A stretch of DNA of 64,000 nt, taken from sequence record NC_054930.1. One strand, 5' to 3'. Both the position numbers and the translations under genes were made by a program. The notes under the pieces were generated by a model, which saw only the letters and a list, made by a program, of their open reading frames with translations, was not told the DNA's origin and did no database searches. Positions 20,851-38,357 of this stretch are shown one piece after another (positions within the stretch are counted from its first letter, which is position 1; the number at the start of each line of letters is the position of its first letter). The DNA is from Escherichia phage PP01.

Positions 20851-21717
20851 ATGTTCATTCAAGAACCAAAGAAATTGATTGATACCGGCGAAATTGGTAA
20901 CGCTTCTACTGGTGATATCTTATTCGACGGTGGTAATAAAATTAATAGTGATTTTAACGCAATTTATAATGCGTTTGGCGATCAGCGTAAAATGGCAGTA
21001 GCAAATGGCACCGGAGCTGATGGTCAAATTATCCATGCTACTGGATATTATCAAAAACACTCTATTGCTGAGTATGCAACTCCAGTAAAAGTTGGCACTA
21101 GACATGATATTGATACCTCTACTGTAGGTGTTAAAGTTATTATTGAAAGAGGAGAACTTGGCGATTGTGTTGAATTCATTAACTCTAATGGATCAATATC
21201 AGTTACTAATCCTTTAACGATTCAGGCTATTGATTCAATTAAAGGTGTTTCAGGTAATTTAGTAGTAACTACTCCATATAGTAAAGTTACTTTACGCTGT
21301 ATTTCATCTGATAATTCTACGTCGGTTTGGAATTATTCTATTGAAAGCATGTTTGGTCAAAGGGAATCACCAGCTGAAGGTACATGGAATATTTCTACAT
21401 CCGGATCAGTTGATATTCCACTATTTCATCGCACTGAATACAATATGGCTAAATTGTTAGTTACATGCCAGTCAGCAGATGGAAGAAAAATTAAAACAGC
21501 AGAAATAAATATTCTTGTAGATATTATTAATTCAGAGGTCATTTCTTCTGAATATGCTGTCATGCGAGTTGGGAATGAAACCGAAGAAGACGAAATCGCT
21601 AATATTGCATTTAGTATTAAAGAAAATTATGTAACGGCGACTATAAGTTCTTCAACTGTCGGTATGAGAGCAGCAGTTAAAGTTATCGCTACGCAGAAAA
21701 TCGGGGTGGCTCAATAA
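20851..21717 (+). CDS. 9: gp9 baseplate protein (long tail fibre socket)
   Basis: 288 aa as in T4. Confidence 0.93.
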   Translation: MFIQEPKKLIDTGEIGNASTGDILFDGGNKINSDFNAIYNAFGDQRKMAVANGTGADGQIIHATGYYQKHSIAEYATPVKVGTRHDIDTSTVGVKVIIERGELGDCVEFINSNGSISVTNPLTIQAIDSIKGVSGNLVVTTPYSKVTLRCISSDNSTSVWNYSIESMFGQRESPAEGTWNISTSGSVDIPLFHRTEYNMAKLLVTCQSADGRKIKTAEINILVDIINSEVISSEYAVMRVGNETEEDEIANIAFSIKENYVTATISSSTVGMRAAVKVIATQKIGVAQ

Positions 21718-23522
21718 TGAAACAAAATATTAATATCGGTAATGTTGTAGATGATGGTACCGGTGACTACCTGCGTAAAGGTGGTATAAAAATAAATGAA
21801 AACTTTGATGAGCTTTATTACGAGCTTGGTGACGGTAATGTTCCATATTCAGCTGGTGCCTGGAAAACTTATAATGCTTCATCAGGACAAACATTAACAG
21901 CAGAATGGGGAAAATCATATGCCATTAACACTTCATCTGGAAGAGTAATTCTACAACTTCCTAAAGGAACTGTTAATGATTATAATAAAGTAATTAAAGC
22001 TAGGGATGTATTTGCAACATGGAATGTTAATCCAGTTACTCTAGTAGCCGCTTCCGGTGATACTATTAAAGGATCATCGTCATCAGTTGAAATTAATGTT
22101 CAATTTAGCGATTTAGAATTAGTTTATTGTGCTCCAGGACGTTGGGAATATGTCAAAAACAAACAAATTGACAAAATTATTAGTTCAGATATTAGTAATG
22201 TAGCACGTAAAGAATTTTTAGTCGAAGTTCAAGGACAAACAGACTTTTTAGATGTTTTCCGTGGAACTAGCTATAATGTTAATAACATCCGAGTAAAACA
22301 CCGCGGTAATGAATTATATTATGGCGATGTATTTAGTGAAAACAGTGACTTTGGCTCTCCTGGGGAAAATGAAGGAGAATTGATTCCTCTTGATGGATTT
22401 AATATTAGGTTAAGACAGCCTTGTAATATTGGTGACACTGTTCAAATTGAAACATTTATGGATGGTGTATCACAATGGAGAAGTTCATATACAAGACGCC
22501 AAATAAAAGTATTAGATTCAAAATTAACGTCAAAAACTTCTTTAGAAGGAAGTATTTACGTTACTGATTTATCAACAATGAAATCAATTCCATTCTCTGC
22601 ATTTGGATTAATTCCTGGAGAACCTATTAATCCTAATTCTCTTGAAGTTCGTTTTAATGGAATTTTACAGCAACAAGCTGGAACAGCCGGATATCCTCTG
22701 TTTTTGTGTGAAGGTGCTAATTCAGATACGCAAGCAGGATGTATATCTCTTGGTGGTGAATGGAAAGAATCGAATACAGATTATTCTATAGAATATGAAG
22801 ATGGAAAACCTGTCAGTCTTTTATTTGATAGAAAATTTGAATCCGGCGATATAATCGTTATAACATGGTTCAATAATGATTTAGGAACTCTTTTAGAAAA
22901 AGATGACATTATTGAATTAACTGATGACCGTTATGTTAGTAAAGGATCATCTACTGAAGTTACTGGTGATGTAGCCTTAACAGATTTTGATAAAATCGGT
23001 TGGCCAAATGTTGAAAAAGTTGATTCTTATACTAGAACGTATAATTCAATATCATCTATTTTCGATAGCATTTATCCTGTTGGTTCAATTTATGAAAATG
23101 CTATAAATCCAAATAATCCAGTGACTTATATGGGATTTGGTTCATGGAAATTATTTGGTAAAGGGCAGGTTTTAGTAGGATGGAATGATGATGTTACAGA
23201 TCCAAACTTTGCATTAAACAATAATGATTTAGATTCTAGCGGAAATCCTTCACATACCGCCGGTGGAACAGTTGGTACAACATCAGTAACGCTTGAAAAC
23301 GCAAATCTTCCTGCGACTAAAACTGATGAAAGAGTTTTAATTGAAGACGAAAATGGATCAGTTATTATTGGAGGATGTCAATATGACCCAGACGAAACTG
23401 GTCCTATATATACAAAATATCGTGAAGACTACGCAACAACAAACTCTTCACATACTCCTCCTGCTAATATTAGTAATATTCAACCGTCTATTACTGTATA
23501 CCGTTGGATAAGGATTGCATAA
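21717..23522 (+). CDS. 10: gp10 baseplate wedge / short-fibre attachment protein
   Basis: 601 aa (T4 602). Confidence 0.93.
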   Translation: MKQNINIGNVVDDGTGDYLRKGGIKINENFDELYYELGDGNVPYSAGAWKTYNASSGQTLTAEWGKSYAINTSSGRVILQLPKGTVNDYNKVIKARDVFATWNVNPVTLVAASGDTIKGSSSSVEINVQFSDLELVYCAPGRWEYVKNKQIDKIISSDISNVARKEFLVEVQGQTDFLDVFRGTSYNVNNIRVKHRGNELYYGDVFSENSDFGSPGENEGELIPLDGFNIRLRQPCNIGDTVQIETFMDGVSQWRSSYTRRQIKVLDSKLTSKTSLEGSIYVTDLSTMKSIPFSAFGLIPGEPINPNSLEVRFNGILQQQAGTAGYPLFLCEGANSDTQAGCISLGGEWKESNTDYSIEYEDGKPVSLLFDRKFESGDIIVITWFNNDLGTLLEKDDIIELTDDRYVSKGSSTEVTGDVALTDFDKIGWPNVEKVDSYTRTYNSISSIFDSIYPVGSIYENAINPNNPVTYMGFGSWKLFGKGQVLVGWNDDVTDPNFALNNNDLDSSGNPSHTAGGTVGTTSVTLENANLPATKTDERVLIEDENGSVIIGGCQYDPDETGPIYTKYREDYATTNSSHTPPANISNIQPSITVYRWIRIA

Positions 23523-24181
23523 TGAGTTTACTTAATAATAAAGCGGGAGTTATTTCCCGCTTAGCAGATTTTCTTGGTTTTAGAACTAAGAAAAATGATA
23601 TTTCGGTTATGAATAATCAGCCGGTAGGCGCTGTAACAATTTCACAAATAGCAAAAGGTTTTTATGACCCAAATGTAGAATCTGCTATCAATGATGTTAG
23701 AAATATGGCAGAGCAACAGGTTGGAGCTGTATTAATTAATATAAGTGGCGTATCTCCTACCGGAGTGCAACAAACAGACTATTGGTCATTTGAAGGAACT
23801 GTTACTGATACTTCAGCCAAACCAGGTGACCCAGTTATTGTTAACATGTTTGGTATTCCAGTTAAAGCTACTAACGGAATGACTTCAATTGAATTTACCA
23901 GTGCCGTTAGAATAGCTCTACAGGAAATGGTTGCAAAATTTATTGCAATTGATTCATTTGAAGACCATCCTACCATAGGAAATAAAATACAAGTTAAGTA
24001 TTTGGATAACCAAGAACATATCTTAGAGCAATACTCTGATAAAGGAATTACTTTCAAACAAGAAATAATTTCTCCTTCTAAACCTGGATATGGAACTTGG
24101 CAATTATTAGGTGCGCAAACTGTCACGTTAGATAGTCACACACAACCTACAGTATTTTATTATTTTGAGAGAATAGCATGA
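23522..24181 (+). CDS. 11: gp11 baseplate wedge protein
   Basis: Start at ATG 23522 (TAATG overlap with the gene 10 stop) gives 219 aa as in T4; begins [20 protein letters not shown]. Confidence 0.92.
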   Translation: MSLLNNKAGVISRLADFLGFRTKKNDISVMNNQPVGAVTISQIAKGFYDPNVESAINDVRNMAEQQVGAVLINISGVSPTGVQQTDYWSFEGTVTDTSAKPGDPVIVNMFGIPVKATNGMTSIEFTSAVRIALQEMVAKFIAIDSFEDHPTIGNKIQVKYLDNQEHILEQYSDKGITFKQEIISPSKPGYGTWQLLGAQTVTLDSHTQPTVFYYFERIA

Positions 24182-25734
24182 GTAATAATACATATCAGCA
24201 CGTATCAAATGAATCAAAATATGTTAAATTCGATCCAGTGGGATCGAATTTTCCTGACACTGTTACGACGGTGCAGTCTGCATTATCAAAAATAAGTAAT
24301 ATCGGCGTAAATGGTATTCCTGATGCATCTATGGAAGTTAAAGGAATAGCAATGATTGCATCAGAGCAAGAGGTTTTAGATGGAACAAATAATTCTAAAA
24401 TCGTTACACCAGCTACATTAGCAACAAGATTATTGTATCCAAATGCTACTGAAACTAAATATGGTTTAACGCGTTATTCAACAAATGAAGAAACATTAGA
24501 AGGCTCAGATAATAATTCATCAATAACACCGCAAAAACTGAAATACCATACTGATGATGTGTTCCAAAATAGATATTCGTCTGAGTCGTCAAACGGGGTT
24601 ATTAAAATATCATCTACACCTGCAGCTTTGGCTGGAGTTGATGATACTACGGCAATGACTCCATTAAAAACCCAAAAACTTGCAATAAAATTAATTTCAC
24701 AAATAGCTCCTTCCGAAGATACTGCATCAGAATCTGTGAGAGGTGTAGTTCAATTATCTACTGTTGCGCAAACTCGTCAAGGAACTCTCCGCGAAGGATA
24801 TGCAATTTCTCCGTATACCTTTATGAATTCTGTTGCAACACAAGAATATAAGGGTGTTATACGTTTAGGAACACAATCGGAAATTAACAGTAATTTAGGA
24901 GATGTTGCAGTAACAGGTGAAACACTAAATGGTCGAGGAGCTACTGGTTCTATGCGTGGAGTCGTCAAATTAACGACGCAGGCCGGTATTGCCCCCGAAG
25001 GTGATAGCTCTGGAGCATTAGCATGGAACGCAGATGTAATTAATACTCGCGGTGGACAAACTATTAATGGTTCTTTAAATTTAGATCATCTTACAGCAAA
25101 CGGAATCTGGTCGCGCGGCGGAATGTGGAAAAATGGCGATCAACCTGTTGCCACTGAAAGATATGCGTCAGAAAGGGTTCCAGTTGGAACTATTATGATG
25201 TTTGCGGGAGATTCAGCACCTCCGGGTTGGATTATGTGCCACGGTGGAACAGTGTCAGGAGATCAATATCCTGATTATAGAAACACAGTTGGAACAAGAT
25301 TTGGTGGTGATTGGAATAATCCAGGGATTCCTGATATGCGAGGTCTTTTCGTCAGAGGAGCGGGCACCGGCGGTCATATTTTAAATCAACGAGGACAAGA
25401 TGGTTATGGGAAGGATAGACTTGGTGTAGGATGTGATGGAATGCATGTTGGCGGTGTTCAAGCACAACAAATATCATACCATAAACATGCTGGTGCCTGG
25501 GGTGAAAATGGAAATAACAGAGGTTATGCACCGTTTGGCGCATCTAATGGCAGTGGATATTTAGGCAATGGTAGAAGCGCCGACTGGGACAACCATTTGT
25601 TCTTTACTAATGACGGATTTGAAATGGGTGGTCCTCGTGACTCGTTCGGCACGTTAAATCGCGAAGGATTAATTGGTTATGAAACTAGACCATGGAATAT
25701 ATCATTAAACTATATTATTAAAATTCATTACTAA
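24178..25734 (+). CDS. 12: gp12 short tail fibre
   Basis: 518 aa (T4 527); Gly/Ser/Thr-rich fibre repeats and a His-rich C-terminal receptor-binding region. Confidence 0.92.
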   Translation: MSNNTYQHVSNESKYVKFDPVGSNFPDTVTTVQSALSKISNIGVNGIPDASMEVKGIAMIASEQEVLDGTNNSKIVTPATLATRLLYPNATETKYGLTRYSTNEETLEGSDNNSSITPQKLKYHTDDVFQNRYSSESSNGVIKISSTPAALAGVDDTTAMTPLKTQKLAIKLISQIAPSEDTASESVRGVVQLSTVAQTRQGTLREGYAISPYTFMNSVATQEYKGVIRLGTQSEINSNLGDVAVTGETLNGRGATGSMRGVVKLTTQAGIAPEGDSSGALAWNADVINTRGGQTINGSLNLDHLTANGIWSRGGMWKNGDQPVATERYASERVPVGTIMMFAGDSAPPGWIMCHGGTVSGDQYPDYRNTVGTRFGGDWNNPGIPDMRGLFVRGAGTGGHILNQRGQDGYGKDRLGVGCDGMHVGGVQAQQISYHKHAGAWGENGNNRGYAPFGASNGSGYLGNGRSADWDNHLFFTNDGFEMGGPRDSFGTLNREGLIGYETRPWNISLNYIIKIHY

Positions 25735-25743
25735 GGATTACAA

Positions 25744-27201
25744 ATGATTGAATTAAAAGATTTACCTTTTGTTGATAGCGTTCCTGGCGAAGGTCAGGAA
25801 CGTATTTCATGGATTAAAAATGGTGAAGAAATACTAGGAGCTAGTACTAAGTATGGAAACGATGGATCAATGAATAGACCAACTGTTTCCGTGTTTAAAA
25901 ATGTCGAAGTTCTTGATGAAAATGTGGGAATTCTTAAAACTGCCGTTGAAACATCACAGGAAGATATTAAAACAATTCAAGGCATTTTAGATGTATCAGG
26001 AGATATAGAAGCACTATCGCAGATCAGCGTTAATAAAAATGATATATCAAATTTAAAGACACTCACAAATGAACACACTGATATATTAAATGGTACAAAT
26101 ACTACAGTTGATCGCATTCTTTCTGATATAGGTCCATTTAATGAGCAAGCAAATTCAGTTTATAGAACGATTAGAAATGATTTGCTGTGGATTAAAAGGG
26201 AATTAGGACAATATGCTGGACAAGATATTAATGGTCTTCCTGTTGTAGGAAATAGCAGCACGGGAATGAAGCATCGTATCATTAATAATACAGATGCTAT
26301 AACTTCCCAAGGAATACGTCTAAGCGATTTGGAAGAAAAATTTATTGAATCTGATGTAGGTTCACTGACAATTGAAGTCGGAAATCTTAGACAAGAACTT
26401 GGACAAAGACCATCTTCATTCAGTGAAAGCATATATTCACGTGTGCATAATTTAGATCAATCTCAGATTAATCTTAGTTCCGAAATTAAATCTATCAAAA
26501 CTTCTATTGGATATCCAGGAAATACTTCAATAATCACAGATGTCAATGTCAATAGTCAAGAAATTTCAGCTTTAAATGATGAACTAAATAAAAGCGGAGG
26601 TGTTAAACAACGATTAACTATTATTGAAACATCGATTGGTTCAGATGATATTCCTTCTAGTATTAAAGGTCGAATTAAAGATAATACTACTTCTATTGAA
26701 TCTTTAAATGGAATTGTAGGTGAAAACACCTCGTCTGGTTTAAGAGCCAATGTTTCATGGTTAAACCAAATTGTTGGAACTGATTCTAGCGGTGGACAAC
26801 CTTCTCCTCCTGGGTCTCTTTTAAATAGAATTTCAACAGTTGAAACTTCCGTTAATAGATTGAACAATGATGTTCAAAACTTACAAGTTGAAATTGGTAA
26901 TAACAATTCCGGAATTAAAGGACAAGTTGTAGCATTAAATAAATTAGTAAATGGAACAAATCCAAATGGCTCAACTGTCGAAGAACGCGGATTGACTAAT
27001 TCAATAAAAGCTAATGAGACTAACATTGCTTCAATTAATCAAGAGATTCGTAGCATTAAAAGCGATGTATCTTCATTACAAAGGGATGTCCAGACTTTAC
27101 AGGAAGCCGGTTATATTCCTGAAGCTCCAAGAGATGGGCAAGCTTACGTTCGTAAAGACGGCGAATGGGTATTGCTTTCTACCTTTTTATCACCAGCATA
27201 A
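25744..27201 (+). CDS. wac: Fibritin (whisker antigen control)
   Basis: 485 aa; coiled-coil repeats and C-terminal foldon [27 protein letters not shown]. Confidence 0.95.
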   Translation: MIELKDLPFVDSVPGEGQERISWIKNGEEILGASTKYGNDGSMNRPTVSVFKNVEVLDENVGILKTAVETSQEDIKTIQGILDVSGDIEALSQISVNKNDISNLKTLTNEHTDILNGTNTTVDRILSDIGPFNEQANSVYRTIRNDLLWIKRELGQYAGQDINGLPVVGNSSTGMKHRIINNTDAITSQGIRLSDLEEKFIESDVGSLTIEVGNLRQELGQRPSSFSESIYSRVHNLDQSQINLSSEIKSIKTSIGYPGNTSIITDVNVNSQEISALNDELNKSGGVKQRLTIIETSIGSDDIPSSIKGRIKDNTTSIESLNGIVGENTSSGLRANVSWLNQIVGTDSSGGQPSPPGSLLNRISTVETSVNRLNNDVQNLQVEIGNNNSGIKGQVVALNKLVNGTNPNGSTVEERGLTNSIKANETNIASINQEIRSIKSDVSSLQRDVQTLQEAGYIPEAPRDGQAYVRKDGEWVLLSTFLSPA

Positions 27202-27204
27202 CAT

Positions 27205-27220
27205 GGGGCCGCAAGGCCCC
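27205..27220 (+). other. GC stem-loop (ggggccGCAAggcccc) after wac
   Basis: Perfect 6-bp stem; not followed by a clean U-run, so possibly a processing or stability element rather than a terminator. Confidence 0.35.
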
Positions 27221-27232
27221 AAAGGATTTTAA

Positions 27233-28934
<1,702 letters not shown>

Positions 28935-28975
28935 TAAATATTATAAACTAATTAAAGCCCAGATTAGGAGAAGTC

Positions 28976-32116
<3,141 letters not shown>

Positions 32117-32144
32117 TATTAAAGCATATTAAAGAGGATTAAAA

Positions 32145-34124
32145 ATGACTTTATTATCTCCGGGCATTGAGCTCAAAGAAACTACGGTTCAAAGCACCGT
32201 GGTTAATAACTCTACTGGTACAGCAGCTTTGGCCGGTAAATTCCAGTGGGGTCCTGCTTTTCAGATTAAACAGGTTACAAACGAAGTAGATTTAGTTAAT
32301 ACTTTTGGTCAACCAACCGCTGAAACTGCTGACTATTTTATGTCTGCGATGAATTTCTTACAGTACGGAAATGACTTACGAGTAGTTCGTGCTGTTGATA
32401 GAGATACCGCTAAAAACTCATCTCCGATTGCTGGTAATATTGAATACACAATTTCTACCCCAGGTAGTAACTACGCGGTTGGAGATAAAATCACGGTCAA
32501 ATATGTTTCAGATGATATTGAAACTGAAGGTAAAATTACTGAAGTAGACGCAGATGGAAAAATTAAGAAAATTAATATTCCTACTGCAAAAATTATCGCT
32601 AAAGCGAAAGAAGTAGGTGAATATCCAACACTAGGTTCTAACTGGACTGCGGAAATTTCTTCATCTTCCTCTGGTTTAGCTGCAGTAATAACTCTTGGAA
32701 AAATTATTACTGATTCTGGTATTTTATTAGCTGAAATTGAAAATGCTGAAGCTGCTATGACAGCGGTTGACTTTCAAGCAAATCTCGAAAAATACGGAAT
32801 TCCAGGAGTAGTAGCTCTTTATCCAGGCGAATTAGGCGATAAAATTGAAATTGAAATCGTATCTAAAGCTGACTATGCAAAAGGAGCTTCTGCATTACTC
32901 CCAATTTATCCAGGTGGTGGTACTCGTGCATCTACTGCCAAAGCAGTGTTTGGATATGGACCACAAACTGATTCACAGTATGCTATTATAGTTCGTCGTA
33001 ATGATGCTATTGTTCAAAGCGTTGTTCTTTCAACTAAGCGCGGTGAAAAAGATATTTACGATAGTAACATCTATATCGATGACTTTTTCGCAAAAGGCGG
33101 CTCAGAATATATTTTTGCAACTGCACAAAACTGGCCAGAAGGCTTCTCTGGAATTTTAACTCTGTCTGGTGGATTATCATCAAATGCTGAAGTAACAGCA
33201 GGAGATTTGATGGAAGCTTGGGACTTCTTTGCTGACCGTGAATCTGTTGACGTTCAGCTGTTTATTGCGGGTTCTTGTGCCGGTGAATCTTTAGAAACAG
33301 CATCTACTGTTCAAAAACACGTCGTTTCAATTGGGGATGCTCGCCAAGATTGCTTAGTATTGTGCTCTCCTCCGCGTGAAACTGTAGTTGGAATTCCTGT
33401 AACTCGTGCTGTTGATAACTTAGTCAATTGGAGAACTGCAGCAGGTTCATACACTGATAATAACTTTAATATCAGTTCAACCTACGCAGCAATTGATGGT
33501 AACTACAAGTATCAGTATGACAAATATAATGATGTGAATCGTTGGGTTCCATTAGCAGCTGATATTGCTGGTTTATGTGCAAGAACTGATAACGTTTCTC
33601 AGACTTGGATGTCACCAGCTGGTTATAATCGTGGCCAAATTTTGAACGTTATTAAACTGGCTATTGAAACTCGCCAGGCTCAGCGCGACCGTTTATACCA
33701 AGAAGCTATCAACCCAGTAACTGGTACAGGTGGTGATGGTTACGTATTGTATGGTGATAAAACAGCTACTTCTGTTCCTTCTCCATTTGATCGTATTAAC
33801 GTTCGTCGTCTGTTTAATATGTTGAAAACGAACATCGGACGTAGTTCAAAATATCGTTTGTTCGAATTAAACAACGCGTTTACTCGTTCATCATTCCGCA
33901 CAGAAACTGCCCAGTACTTACAGGGAATTAAAGCTCTCGGTGGAATTTATGAATATCGTGTAGTTTGCGATACAACAAATAACACTCCGTCAGTAATTGA
34001 TAGAAATGAGTTTGTTGCAACATTCTACATCCAACCGGCTCGTAGTATAAATTATATCCAACTTAATTTCGTCGCAACTGCTACTGGTGCAGATTTTGAT
34101 GAGTTAACTGGTCTTGCAGGTTAA
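32145..34124 (+). CDS. 18: gp18 contractile tail sheath protein
   Basis: 659 aa as in T4. Confidence 0.96.
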   Translation: MTLLSPGIELKETTVQSTVVNNSTGTAALAGKFQWGPAFQIKQVTNEVDLVNTFGQPTAETADYFMSAMNFLQYGNDLRVVRAVDRDTAKNSSPIAGNIEYTISTPGSNYAVGDKITVKYVSDDIETEGKITEVDADGKIKKINIPTAKIIAKAKEVGEYPTLGSNWTAEISSSSSGLAAVITLGKIITDSGILLAEIENAEAAMTAVDFQANLEKYGIPGVVALYPGELGDKIEIEIVSKADYAKGASALLPIYPGGGTRASTAKAVFGYGPQTDSQYAIIVRRNDAIVQSVVLSTKRGEKDIYDSNIYIDDFFAKGGSEYIFATAQNWPEGFSGILTLSGGLSSNAEVTAGDLMEAWDFFADRESVDVQLFIAGSCAGESLETASTVQKHVVSIGDARQDCLVLCSPPRETVVGIPVTRAVDNLVNWRTAAGSYTDNNFNISSTYAAIDGNYKYQYDKYNDVNRWVPLAADIAGLCARTDNVSQTWMSPAGYNRGQILNVIKLAIETRQAQRDRLYQEAINPVTGTGGDGYVLYGDKTATSVPSPFDRINVRRLFNMLKTNIGRSSKYRLFELNNAFTRSSFRTETAQYLQGIKALGGIYEYRVVCDTTNNTPSVIDRNEFVATFYIQPARSINYIQLNFVATATGADFDELTGLAG

Positions 34125-34130
34125 TTGATA

Positions 34131-34146
34131 AGGGGCTTCGGCCCCT
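34131..34146 (+). other. GC stem-loop with UUCG loop (aggggcTTCGgcccct) after gene 18
   Basis: Perfect 6-bp stem, UUCG tetraloop; marks the upstream edge of the HNH insertion. Confidence 0.4.
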
Positions 34147-34162
34147 ATTCTCGAGGAATCAA

Positions 34163-34768
34163 GTGATTATTTCTAAGTTTGTTACAATAAAACCAAGAAA
34201 TCATTCAAAAATGTGGTCGACAATTCTGGGATATAAAGTATCATATCATGATACAGTATCTGTTCCAATAGAATTAATGCCAAAGAATAGTAATAAAATA
34301 GTTGACGCTAAATGTGATTTGTGTGGTATTAAATTTAGTAGAAGCATTCAGCTTTTAAATAGAACACCAACGCATGCATGTAGAAAATGTAGCATTAAAC
34401 AAGTTGCTATTAAAAATTCGGAAGTTCAATCTGGAATAAGTAGACCATGGCAAAGAGGTGATAAACATCCTCGATGGACTGGTAAAAGAAAAGAGTTTGC
34501 ATTATATGCTAGTAGAGTTCATTCTATAACTAAGTCAGCTAAAATAAGAAAAATCTGGTCAAAATGGCCAAATGCTGATAAAATAGGAGTGTGTGGCGTA
34601 GAAGGTGCTTACCAACTCGATCATAAAGTATCTATCAAATATGGATTTGATAATTTAATTCCGCCGGAAATTATAGCAAGCGTAAAAAATTTAGAAATAA
34701 TCACTTGGGAATCTAACCGAGAAAAATCAAAAAGAAATAGCGTAGATCTTTGGGATTTACTAGAATGA
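34163..34768 (+). CDS. Freestanding HNH homing endonuclease
   Basis: 201 aa; GTG start with SD GAGGA 5 nt upstream; Cys-pairs (CDLCG, CRKC) and C-terminal HNH-type motif YQLDHKVSIKYGFDN...NLEIITWESNREKS; T4 has no gene between 18 and 19. Confidence 0.7.
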   Translation: MIISKFVTIKPRNHSKMWSTILGYKVSYHDTVSVPIELMPKNSNKIVDAKCDLCGIKFSRSIQLLNRTPTHACRKCSIKQVAIKNSEVQSGISRPWQRGDKHPRWTGKRKEFALYASRVHSITKSAKIRKIWSKWPNADKIGVCGVEGAYQLDHKVSIKYGFDNLIPPEIIASVKNLEIITWESNREKSKRNSVDLWDLLE

Positions 34769-34775
34769 TTCTAAA

Positions 34776-34802
34776 GGCCTGTTTCGGCAGGCCATATAAA
34801 TA
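34776..34802 (+). promoter_or_regulatory. Hairpin plus late promoter TATAAATA (first of two upstream of gene 19)
   Basis: ggcctgtttcggcaggcc hairpin followed at once by TATAAATA (34795-34802). Confidence 0.5.
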
Positions 34803-34834
34803 CACTATATCCTTAATTCTTTAATTCTATATGC

Positions 34835-34861
34835 CCTAGGTTAAACATAGGGATATAAATA
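34835..34861 (+). promoter_or_regulatory. Hairpin plus late promoter TATAAATA (second, proximal to gene 19)
   Basis: ccctaggttaaacataggg stem-loop followed by TATAAATA (34854-34861), 15 nt before the gene 19 ATG. Confidence 0.55.
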
Positions 34862-34875
34862 CTACAGAGGCTAAT

Positions 34876-35367
34876 ATGTTTGTAGATGATGTAACACGAG
34901 CGTTTGAATCTGGTGATTTTGCTCGACCTAACTTATTCCAAGTAGAAATTTCTTATCTTGGACAAAATTTTACGTTTCAATGTAAAGCCACTGCTTTACC
35001 AGCTGGTATTGTAGAAAAAATTCCAGTTGGATTTATGAACCGTAAAATTAACGTAGCAGGCGATCGTACATTCGATGACTGGACTGTTACAGTAATGAAC
35101 GATGAAGCTCATGATGCTCGCCAGAAGTTCGTTGATTGGCAAAGCATTGCTGCGGGGCAAGGAAACGAAATTACTGGTGGAAAACCTGCAGAGTATAAAA
35201 AGAGCGCTATCGTTCGTCAATATGCTCGTGACGCTAAAACAGTAACAAAAGAAATTGAAATTAAAGGTCTGTGGCCTACTAACGTGGGTGAACTTCAATT
35301 AGATTGGGATTCAAACAACGAAATCCAAACATTTGAAGTAACTCTTGCTCTCGATTATTGGGAATAA
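34876..35367 (+). CDS. 19: gp19 tail tube protein
   Basis: 163 aa as in T4. Confidence 0.95.
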   Translation: MFVDDVTRAFESGDFARPNLFQVEISYLGQNFTFQCKATALPAGIVEKIPVGFMNRKINVAGDRTFDDWTVTVMNDEAHDARQKFVDWQSIAAGQGNEITGGKPAEYKKSAIVRQYARDAKTVTKEIEIKGLWPTNVGELQLDWDSNNEIQTFEVTLALDYWE

Positions 35368-35372
35368 AATGA

Positions 35373-35390
35373 ATGGGGAGAAATCCCCAT
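35373..35390 (+). other. Stem-loop after gene 19 (atggggaGAAAtccccat)
   Basis: 7-bp stem with GAAA loop; followed by the gene 20 late promoter. Confidence 0.4.
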
Positions 35391-35399
35391 CCTGCTTAA

Positions 35400-37024
<1,625 letters not shown>

Positions 37025-37025
<1 letters not shown>

Positions 37026-37264
37026 TGGAAGGTTTAATTGAAGCTATTAAATCAAACGACCTCGTAGCCGCTCGTAAATTATTTGCTGAAGCCATGGCTG
37101 CAAGAACGATTGATTTAATTAAAGAAGAAAAAATCGCTATCGCTCGTAATTTCTTAATCGAAGGTGAAGAACCTGAAGACGAGGATGAAGATGATGACGA
37201 AGATAGCGATGATAAAGACGACAAAAAAGACAAAGACTCTGACGAAGACGAGGATGATGAATAA
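37025..37264 (+). CDS. 67: gp67 prohead core protein
   Basis: 79 aa with a highly acidic C-terminus; between 20 and 68 as in T4. Confidence 0.85.
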
Positions 37265-37689
37265 TGCTTCTGATCCCTGAAACTCATGAATTAGTTCTCG
37301 AGAATGTCGAAGCACTTATTCCTGAAGCACAGGGTCGCTTTGACGAATTGTCTTCTGCTTTAAATAAAGACGATATAAATACAATTGTCGAGAATATGCT
37401 TGATGATGAAACTGATTTAGCGGTTGCATTAGCTTCTATTAATGAAAATATGCCGTTAAATGAATTCATCGTTAAACATGTTTCTGCCCGTGGTGAAATT
37501 ACTCGCACTAAAGATCGCAAAACCCGCGAACGAAATGCATTTCAAACCACTGGGTTGTCTAAAGCAAAACGTAGACAAATTGCTCGTAAAGCTACCAAAA
37601 CGAAGATTGCCAATCCAGCAGGTCAATCTCGTGCTCAGCGTAAGCGTAAAAAAGCTCTTAAACGCCGTAAAGCATTAGGATTAAGCTAA
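37264..37689 (+). CDS. 68: gp68 prohead core protein
   Basis: 141 aa as in T4; basic C-terminus. Confidence 0.85.
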
Positions 37690-38327
37690 TGAATGAACCC
37701 CAATTACTAATTGAAACTTGGGGTCAACCTGGCGAAATTATTGATGGCGTACCAATGCTTGAATCTCATGATGGAAAAGACTTAGGTTTAAAACCGGGTT
37801 TATACATCGAAGGAATATTCATGCAAGCGGAAGTCGTCAATAGAAATAAACGTCTTTATCCAAAACGTATATTAGAAAAAGCGGTAAAAGACTATATTAA
37901 TGAGCAAGTTTTAACTAAACAAGCTCTCGGAGAATTAAATCATCCTCCACGCGCTAATGTTGACCCGATGCAAGCCGCTATCATTATAGAAGATATGTGG
38001 TGGAAAGGAAATGACGTATACGGACGAGCTCGTGTTATTGAAGGTGACCATGGTCCTGGAGATAAATTAGCAGCTAATATTCGTGCCGGATGGATTCCAG
38101 GAGTTTCTTCTCGTGGATTAGGTTCATTGACTGACACAAATAAAGGTTATCGTATCGTAAACGAAGGATTCAAATTAACTGTAGGTGTTGATGCAGTATG
38201 GGGTCCAAGTGCTCCAGATGCATGGGTAACTCCTAAGGAAATTACCGAATCACAGACGGCGGAAGCCGATACAAGTGCCGATGACGCCTATATGGCTCTC
38301 GCAGAGGCCATGAAAAAAGCGTTATAA
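37689..38327 (+). CDS. 21: gp21 prohead core scaffold protein and protease
   Basis: 212 aa as in T4. Confidence 0.95.
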   Translation: MNEPQLLIETWGQPGEIIDGVPMLESHDGKDLGLKPGLYIEGIFMQAEVVNRNKRLYPKRILEKAVKDYINEQVLTKQALGELNHPPRANVDPMQAAIIIEDMWWKGNDVYGRARVIEGDHGPGDKLAANIRAGWIPGVSSRGLGSLTDTNKGYRIVNEGFKLTVGVDAVWGPSAPDAWVTPKEITESQTAEADTSADDAYMALAEAMKKAL

Positions 38328-38330
38328 ATA
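38323..38330 (+). promoter_or_regulatory. Late promoter TATAAATA for gene 22
   Basis: Exact TATAAATA overlapping the gene 21 stop, 28 nt before the gene 22 ATG. Confidence 0.55.
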
Positions 38331-38357
38331 TTATTATCTAAACAACAGGACTACAAA

